The translations under genes were made by a program, and so were the position numbers. A stretch of DNA of 32,000 nt, taken from assembly GCF_000014265.1 (NCBI RefSeq), contig NC_008312.1, forward strand, positions 900,001-932,000. Direction: 5' to 3'. The notes under the pieces were generated by a model. That model saw only the letters and a program-made list of their open reading frames with translations, did no database searches and was not told where the DNA came from. Positions 8,701 to 13,572 of this stretch are shown here, piece after piece. This stretch comes from Trichodesmium erythraeum IMS101. Lineage in GTDB: Bacteria > Cyanobacteriota > Cyanobacteriia > Cyanobacteriales > Microcoleaceae. The number at the start of each line of letters is the position of its first letter. The stretch's first letter is position 1.

Positions 8701-11700
8701 GACCCAAACATCAATATTACCTTCACCGACCAAGGCTTCATTTCTGCTAGCACCAAATCTCTGGGAAAGGGAGGCGACATCAATATATTGGCACCAGAAA
8801 ACATAAATATTACAGGAGATGGTCGGATAACAGTTGAAAGCGAAGGTAGTGGAGATGCAGGCATTATTAACATTGAAACAGAAAACCTGACAATAGCCGA
8901 AAACACAAAAATATCAGCATCCACATCCGACAGCGGAAACGGAGGCGAAATCAAAATTAACTCTAGCGAAACATTCCAACTACAAGGCCGAATATTAACA
9001 GAAACCACAGGAACAGGAGATGGAGGCATTATCAATATTGAAGCAGGAGAAATAACTGCGCCTAACAGCAAGATATCAGCTAAAACTACCGACGCCGGCA
9101 ACGCAGGTACAATAGATATTACTGCCCAAGGAGATATTACCACAGGAGTTGTTACCTCCGCCGCCAAAAATAAAAGAGAAACTGCTGACGGAGGTAGCAT
9201 TAGTATTACCAGTGAACAAGGAAAAATTAACGCCACCCGAGCAATTCAATCATTTTCAGAAGGAGGCAACGCCGGAAATGTTACCCTCAAAGCCCAAACA
9301 GACATAACCGCCAATACCATAAGTTCTCACGGAAAGCAAGAGGGTGGTCAAATAACCATCAGATCAGAAACCGGAAATATTGACACCAGTAGTGGTAAAT
9401 TCTTAGCCAACTATTCAGGAGGCGGTGACGCGGGAGACATTACAATGGAAGCACCCCAAGGAAATATTACCACAAATAATATCTATTCCTACGCCGACGG
9501 AGACGGAGGTCAAATAAACATTAAAGCCGGAAACAATATTAATATAGAAGCAAACAGTAATATTATTTCTGCATCAGAGCCACCAAGTGAGGGAAACAGT
9601 GACAAACAAGGAAAAGGAGGAGATATTACTCTAGAAGCAGGCAACAATATTAATACTACAGCAGCTAATATATATTCTGGTGCCAACGAGGGCGACACAG
9701 GACAAATTGATATTACTGCAGATAACGCAATAGAAACAGGTAAAATAGACTTAGCATCAGGTTTTGTCAGACAAGAAACAAAAGTAAACCAAAACCTGGT
9801 CCTCATCCCTAAACCAGGAGAACCAGCCACCAAAGGAAAAGCTGGAGACATCAGACTCCGCAGCAGAAACAGTACAATAGACACCACCGGTGGCACAATA
9901 AATTCTCGTTCCCCAGACGGCACCGGAGATATTATTATCAATGCCAAAGGAAATATTAGCACAGGGAAATTAGAAGCCAGCGCCCTTAACCCAGACAACC
10001 CTACCACAGGTGGAGACGTTAATATTACCAGCGAGCAAGGAGAAATTAATGCAACTCAAAACATAGAAACCTTCTCAGAAAAAGGTACAGCAGGAGATGT
10101 AAATATTACTGCAGCGGGTCATATCAATACAAACACCATTCGTTCAGATGGAATGGAACAGGGAGGAGATATTAATATTAGGAGCGATAGTGAAAGTAGC
10201 ATAGATGCAGCAGGAGCATTACAAACATATTCAGATGCAGGAACAGCAGGAAACGTCAACCTCACATCCCCAGGGAATGTTAATATTAGCGGCATTCGTT
10301 CAGAAGGAATGGAGCAGGGAGGTGATATTACACTGAAGAGTCAAGGAGGAGAAATTAACTCTACAGGCGATATAGACTCCTATTCAAAACAAGGAAAAGG
10401 AGGATACGTCAAAGTAGATGCCCCAGAAAGAGTAAATTTAGCAAATGTATCATCCTACGGCATGACAGAAAGTGGTGACTTAATTACTCAGAGCCAACAA
10501 GCAGAAGTTAATACAGGAAATGTCACAACACAAGCTTCAGAGGGAAAGAGTGGACGTATAGTCATCAACGGAACAGAAGTAGGTACGGGAAATTTAAGTT
10601 CTATCGCAGGAACAAGCGCCGGGGAAATTAATGTAGAAGCAACAGATGGTTCTATTGCCACCTATGATATAGAAATGACATCAGGTGGTACACTAGGAGC
10701 TTTAACACTGAGAGCACCAGAAAATATTAACACAGGAGACATTCGTCAAAAAGCAGGAGAGGGAGATGCGAATGCAAATATATTTTCAGGAGGAAACCAA
10801 ACCACAGGAAATATTAGTCAAGAAGCAGGCAATAATACTAACCTAAATCAAAATGCAGGAGAGAATATAAATGCAGGGAATATCGAACAAAATGCTGGTA
10901 ATAATACTAACCTAAATCAAACTGCAGGAGAGAATATAAATGCAGGGAATATCGAACAAAATGCTGGTAATAATACTAACCTAAATCAAACTGCAGGAGA
11001 GAATATAAATGTAGGGAATATCGAACAAAATGCGGGTAATAATACTAACCTAAATCAAACTGCAGGAGAGAATATAAATACAGGGGATATCGAACAAAAT
11101 GCGGGTAATAATACTAACCTAAATCAAACTGCAGGAGAGAATATAAATACAGGGGATATCGAACAAAATGCGGGTAATAATACTAACCTAAATCAAACTG
11201 CAGGAGAGAATATAAATACAGGGGATATCGAACAAAATGCTAGTAATAATACTAGTATTTATCAAATTGCAGAAGGAGAGATTAATACACCAGTCATTAA
11301 TCAAACTTTCGGTAATGAGACTACGCTCAATCAAATATCAGTAAGAGATGTTAATACACCAGTAATTTCTAATAACAATATACCTAATAATCAAGGACTT
11401 AATCAAGAAAATTTCTCTAATAATAACAATAACAATATTGAGAATAATTCCACTACAAATTCCTCAAACAATAAAAACATTTCATCAACCCTTACCCAGT
11501 CTCAAAGGTCTGAATTAATTTCAACTTCTACCCCCAGCAACAATAACCAAACAACTAATACAAATACAGCCCAAGAACAAACAGAATCATCTATTAATAG
11601 TACAACGGATACCCAAAAAATCTTAAACATAATTGATACCGTCAATACCAATTCCTTGACAGTTGCGACTGGTTCAGACCAAGTAATAACAATGTTAGAA

Positions 11701-12891
11701 CAAAACCTTACTAACGAATATTCTAATTACTTTGGAACAGATTTTAAGGAACAATTTATTAACCAAAAAACACCCCGAGAAATCTTAACCGATATGGCTG
11801 CTAAAACAGGAAAAGAATCTGCAGTTGTTTATATTAATGCTTATCCAGAGGAATTACAAATAATTTTATATACCAAAGATGGTCAACCTATTCTTAAAAC
11901 TATCCCGGAAGCTAACCGTAAAAAATTAGAGAAAGTAGTTATAAATTTCCTCAAATTAACGACAAGTCCTGCCTATCGTGATTTTAATAGTTATCTATCA
12001 CCAGCAAAACAATTATATGATTGGTTCATTGCACCTATATCAGCAGAATTAGAAGCAGCAAATATCGATACCTTATTGTTCAGTATGGGTGAAGGTTTAC
12101 GTATTTTACCAGTGGCAGCATTACATGATGGAAAGCAATTTTTAATTGAGAAATATAGCCTAAGTTTAATTCCGAGTATCAGCTTAATGGATACAAATTA
12201 TCGCCCACTTCAAGGTACTCAAGTATTAGCTATGGGAGCTAGTAAATTTATCAATGAAAAACCTTTACCAGCAGTACCTGTGGAGATAGAAACAATTTCT
12301 GAACAGTTATGGGAAGGTAGTAAATTTTTAAACGAAGAATTTACCAAGAATAATTTGTTAACTCAAAGAAAAAATTATCCCTATCCTATTATTCACTTAG
12401 CTACCCATGCAACATTTAATAGAGGAAAACCTAGTAATTCTTACATTCAGCTATGGGGTAATGAACAAATAAAGTTAGACCAAGTGCGGGAGTTGGGTTG
12501 GAGTACCCCATCGGTTGACTTGTTGGTATTGTCTGCTTGTCGCACTGCTGTAGGAAATAGAGAAGCGGAATTAGGGTTTGCAGGGTTAGCAGTAGCAGCG
12601 GGAGTGAAGTCAGCCTTAACGAGCCTTTGGACTGTAAGTGATGAAGGGACATTGGCATTAATGACAGAGTTTTATACTCATTTGAATGATGCTAAGATCA
12701 AGTCAGAGGCATTAAGACAGGCGCAGTTAGCAATGCTGCAAGGGCAGGTGCTTATTACAGGTGGGGAGTTGAGGGGAAGCAGCACTCGTGGTGGGGTGGA
12801 GCTACCTTCGGCGTTCGCAAATGTAAACAATCAAAATTTATCTCATCCTTATTACTGGGCAGGGTTTACTATAGTTGGTAGTCCTTGGTAA
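2632..12891 (+). CDS. Giant secreted TPS-domain / beta-helix / P-domain / CHAT-protease protein, array copy B (3419 aa from ATG 2632; an in-frame TTG at 2629 gives the 3420-aa ORF in the track)
   Basis: Uninterrupted 10.26-kb ORF in AT-rich DNA. Signal peptide, TPS motifs, P-domain and CHAT motifs are all recognisable (see sub-features). Confidence 0.95.
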   Translation: MKPNSSKLCTITALSLILGTLATTPANSQPITPAKDGTNTTVTPQGQQFHIKGGTRSGTNVFHSFDKFNVHSGQTANFVTTPDTRNVLGRVKGGASYINGLIQVLGSSSNLFLMNPAGIMFGPNASLNVPASFSVTTATGIGFDQNNFWFKAMGTNDYSNLLGSPSGYRFDVSKPGSIVNEGSLTLNSGENLTLLGGTVVNTGELSSPGGNITVTAVEGGSTLKISQPGHLLSLEVPLEDGENISNIDPLSLPELLAGGGDIVEATSVIVKENGDVVLTGSNTMVAETPGTATISGKIDVSTTASSLQNEGGASFGGQVNVWGDRVALIDTNIKADGKNGGGTVLIGGDFQGLGIVPNSQHTFVNNNSFISADAITNGDGGQVRIWSDGITNFAGNISAKGGTSSGNGGLVKIGGKEQLIFDGKVDVTAALGTEGTILLDPESVTVGEDNSEGEKEIVDDNSEVSETENTDNYNGEIVDDNSEVSETENTDNFKDKKPDTPKDKKPDTPLDPFAADENSDVTISADNLGELSGNVIIDADNDITINERIETDSSVELKAGRSININADIDTKSGNGNIDLLGNNDEMNLANRSDGKGSINQLDGTILNAGSGGINIKLGSLGEVGDINLGNLRTTGKVLVDANGGNIVRVSENSLINAGSVLFRTSGNGGIGFLGQPLRLDVQNLEAVSGSGGVFFDVGNVNIGGVSEDVVGIATFGGDVDIKSAGNVTLNETISSNEVVENNSEGGTTENTEVVDGGGGINIEAAGDIVATGSGIKGGGEAVSLSGTNIRINDEFDETSGDADVKLSATNDIVVEDIEDDVLEFMPGSGEIEFRADKDGDGFGLVKMLDNKPDVGSNPDIFENGADTIKTNGRGLTIAGAGLVLGNVDTSWLPIYSGGGELLKAIDVDKGGAIPPEGTEGTATFTFTVDGDLGTVENIDVRFSAAHTWDEDLDVSLESPQGKVVQLFSRVGGSGENFQDTVLDDDASRRIISGNAPFDGTYRPQGSLADFNGENPNGAWTLKVTDTYPWADDGTLYRAGETAPWGTAIGTQLLLRNPLVKSGGGIGSGNGGAINLEATHGDISVGNIRSLSETANGGRIDLNANKDIISGLINSSSVQGNGGAIDLDAGGDITTQYLNSWSSSWEKGNSGNGGAIDLDAGGDITTPYLNSGSSSSSGNSGNGGAIDLDAGGDITTQYLNSWSSSSSGNSGNGGAIDLDAGGDITTQYLNSGSYSGSGNSGNGGAIDLDAGGDITTQDLDSGSDSWEGKSGNGGAIDLVAGGDITTQNLDSRSDSSSGNSGNGGAIDLDAGGDITTQYLYSGSSSWEKGNSGNGGAIDLDAGGDITTQYLYSGSISWSGNSGNGGAIDLVAGGDITTQYLYSGSYSWSGNSGNGGDITLNAKTIKFNSPQHANGEKIKIHTFSVGKKESEEGKGGDVNITTNNLSNTDILTLSSHSESGKVTIESKTQEPLQIKDSSIITSEQVTVEIFEEQIQIETGNTQSGDVFINSDGDLNLNNVTIESDTKSNQAAGDVNIYSRGNITLENTDIISTTNSQGNAGQITLETNENIELTNNSKILANTEGTGNAGQINIEANNLILDQNTKLITETARAGNPGNIKIQANTIDIGEGAKASTTVLTGSTSTGEGGNITINTNKLNVTGKLGIFAETEASKNAGTLRISPYKNNPNLDITFKNDGFISASTSSTGNGGNIFIKAPENINITGQGFIATKTSGTGNAGIIDIKTNNLRISNGVKINASTEDQGNAGEIKINTTDFTLEKGTSLTTETSSAGLAGNIEINTKNLTIGQNAQISATALEGASNKEAGGNITINANNLDISGKLGIFAETAGESPAGTLTLNPYKNNPNLNIEFKQQGFISARTSSSGNGGNINIQAPEKINITGDGKISAETTGSGNAGTINIQTENLNLSEQVAISAETNSQGQAGNIEINSQTVTIGKGTEISATAGKKATSTGDGGNITINTNDLEISGKLGIFAETKGASNAGTLTITPYQTNPDLNSKTDPNINITFTDQGFISASTKSLGKGGDINILAPENINITGDGRITVESEGSGDAGIINIETENLTIAENTKISASTSDSGNGGEIKINSSETFQLQGRILTETTGTGDGGIINIEAGEITAPNSKISAKTTDAGNAGTIDITAQGDITTGVVTSAAKNKRETADGGSISITSEQGKINATRAIQSFSEGGNAGNVTLKAQTDITANTISSHGKQEGGQITIRSETGNIDTSSGKFLANYSGGGDAGDITMEAPQGNITTNNIYSYADGDGGQINIKAGNNINIEANSNIISASEPPSEGNSDKQGKGGDITLEAGNNINTTAANIYSGANEGDTGQIDITADNAIETGKIDLASGFVRQETKVNQNLVLIPKPGEPATKGKAGDIRLRSRNSTIDTTGGTINSRSPDGTGDIIINAKGNISTGKLEASALNPDNPTTGGDVNITSEQGEINATQNIETFSEKGTAGDVNITAAGHINTNTIRSDGMEQGGDINIRSDSESSIDAAGALQTYSDAGTAGNVNLTSPGNVNISGIRSEGMEQGGDITLKSQGGEINSTGDIDSYSKQGKGGYVKVDAPERVNLANVSSYGMTESGDLITQSQQAEVNTGNVTTQASEGKSGRIVINGTEVGTGNLSSIAGTSAGEINVEATDGSIATYDIEMTSGGTLGALTLRAPENINTGDIRQKAGEGDANANIFSGGNQTTGNISQEAGNNTNLNQNAGENINAGNIEQNAGNNTNLNQTAGENINAGNIEQNAGNNTNLNQTAGENINVGNIEQNAGNNTNLNQTAGENINTGDIEQNAGNNTNLNQTAGENINTGDIEQNAGNNTNLNQTAGENINTGDIEQNASNNTSIYQIAEGEINTPVINQTFGNETTLNQISVRDVNTPVISNNNIPNNQGLNQENFSNNNNNNIENNSTTNSSNNKNISSTLTQSQRSELISTSTPSNNNQTTNTNTAQEQTESSINSTTDTQKILNIIDTVNTNSLTVATGSDQVITMLEQNLTNEYSNYFGTDFKEQFINQKTPREILTDMAAKTGKESAVVYINAYPEELQIILYTKDGQPILKTIPEANRKKLEKVVINFLKLTTSPAYRDFNSYLSPAKQLYDWFIAPISAELEAANIDTLLFSMGEGLRILPVAALHDGKQFLIEKYSLSLIPSISLMDTNYRPLQGTQVLAMGASKFINEKPLPAVPVEIETISEQLWEGSKFLNEEFTKNNLLTQRKNYPYPIIHLATHATFNRGKPSNSYIQLWGNEQIKLDQVRELGWSTPSVDLLVLSACRTAVGNREAELGFAGLAVAAGVKSALTSLWTVSDEGTLALMTEFYTHLNDAKIKSEALRQAQLAMLQGQVLITGGELRGSSTRGGVELPSAFANVNNQNLSHPYYWAGFTIVGSPW
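2719..3348 (+). other. TPS / haemagglutination-activity domain (Pfam Haemagg_act type) of copy B
   Basis: GTNVFHSFDKFNVHSGQTANF...NVLGRVKGGASYINGLIQV..SNLFLMNPAGIMFGPNASLNVPASFSVTT. These are the canonical TpsA motifs, including the NPNGI-like NPAGI. Confidence 0.85.
3997..4158 (+). repeat. Acidic 60-nt coding repeat (EIVDDNSEVSETENTDNYNG) x2, followed by a 24-nt repeat (KDKKPDTP) x2
   Basis: Units start at 3997 and 4057. aaagacaaaaaaccagacactcct occurs at 4111 and 4135. Confidence 0.85.
5392..5800 (+). other. Proprotein-convertase P-domain (Pfam P_proprotein type) embedded mid-protein, copy B
   Basis: GTATFTFTVDGDLGTVENIDVRFSAAHTWDEDLDVSLESPQGKVVQLFSRVGGSGENFQDTVLDDDA...FDGTYRPQGSLADFNGENPNGAWTLKVTDT..DDGTL. 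This is the classic P-domain signature (H.w.gDL.v.L.SP.Gt...L......g.nf..t.fdD.A......F.G.y.P...L..F.G....G.W.L.v.D....d.G.L). Confidence 0.8.
5989..6810 (+). repeat. 90/93-nt (30/31-aa) tandem coding repeat, 9 full units plus a terminal degenerate unit: GNGGAIDLDAGGDITTQ + variable Ser/Tyr/Trp-rich loop
   Basis: ggaaatggaggagccattgat recurs at 5989, 6082, 6172, 6262, 6352, 6442, 6532, 6625, 6715 and 6805 (the last is GNGGDITL). Confidence 0.95.
7570..9050 (+). repeat. Three tandem ~150-180-aa macro-modules, themselves built of ~20-aa GNAG-x-I-x-I rungs
   Basis: GGNITIN(T/A)N.L..(S/T)GKLGIFAET....AGTL...PY..NP.L.I.F...GFISA.T.S.G.GG.I.I.APE.INITG.G recurs with module starts at 7570, 8107 and 8560. 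Confidence 0.8.
10825..11300 (+). repeat. 69-nt (23-aa) Asn/Gln-rich tandem coding repeat, 6 units plus 1 degenerate unit
   Basis: Unit starts at 10825, 10894, 10963, 11032, 11101, 11170 and a degenerate one at 11239. Consensus AGNNTNLNQTAGENINxGxIEQN. Confidence 0.95.
11365..11655 (+). other. Asn/Ser/Thr/Gln-rich low-complexity linker between the stalk and the CHAT domain
   Basis: NNNIPNNQGLNQENFSNNNNNNIENNSTTNSSNNKNISSTLTQSQRSELISTSTPSNNNQTTNTNTAQEQTESSINSTTDTQ. Few hydrophobic residues and no repeat period. Confidence 0.7.
11800..12888 (+). other. CHAT (caspase-like) protease domain, copy B
   Basis: LRILPVAALHDG..FLIEKYSLSLIPS...PIIHLATHATF (His codon 12406-12408) ...VDLLVLSACRTAVG (Cys codon 12538-12540) ...SALTSLWTVSDEGT..LM..FY......K.EALRQAQLAML....SHPYYWAGFTIVG. 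Confidence 0.85.
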
Positions 12892-13146
12892 TAAAAATGA
12901 CCAACTAACATTCAACATCTTCAAATGTAGTCAACTTATTCGTAATTTTTGGGTTCAGATCATGTGGATGTGTAATTAATTTTGTACGACGGCTTCTTTA
13001 GCAAACCCTAAATATTAATTGATAGAGGGAGGGATTTTTTGATCACATTTGTTATGTGTTGTCAATTATCGACAAAATCTCAAAATATTTGTGTCAACGA
13101 CAATATATCATTTAAACGTTGAAGCGTCAATAGTAGGAATAGCACT

Positions 13147-13401
13147 GATAATATTGACACTCTCAGTAGCGGTAGTAGTTTCACGGGTTTTGTTGAAATA
13201 ACAGATACCAACAACTATTATCGCTTTTATCTAAGTGGGGAAAGGGAGTTTGAGCTTACTCTCAAGGACTTAAGCGGTTATGCATACGTATAATTACTCA
13301 GCAGCACTGGTGCTACTATCATTAGTTCTACCAAGACTGGTAGAAGTTCTGAGAGCATCAGTAAAACTTTTAATTCGGTTACATATCATAACCTTGGATG
13401 A
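13147..13401 (+). pseudogene. Second copy of the PPC-like domain relic (spacer of unit 2)
   Basis: Same sequence as 2206-2460 shifted by 10941. Confidence 0.55.
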
Positions 13402-13477
13402 AAAAGATACTAAATGGTTTCTATACAACAATTTCAAGACCCATAATTAAAATGACAAATAAATTTTAAATAATTTC

Positions 13478-13506
13478 TTGATTTTTGTATGGTAAGGATT
13501 TATAAT
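13478..13506 (+). promoter_or_regulatory. Candidate sigma70-type promoter for giant gene C
   Basis: Same TTGATT-17-TATAAT element as 2537-2565, shifted by 10941. Confidence 0.3.
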
Positions 13507-13572
13507 AATACCTATAAATTAAATAAAAGTCAATATAATTTTCAACAAATACCATAATAACAAAAACCTTTG

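Noticed and set aside
7044-10007. Series of long minus-strand ORFs (for example 7677..8303 of 208 aa, 8667..9236 of 189 aa, 9510..10007 of 165 aa), and their twins at 17949..20720 in copy C
   Set aside because: They lie antisense to an uninterrupted 10-kb ORF with clear domain content. The sense strand here is ~77% A+C, which depletes antisense stop codons. The products are low-complexity (P/L/S/V-rich) with no motifs.
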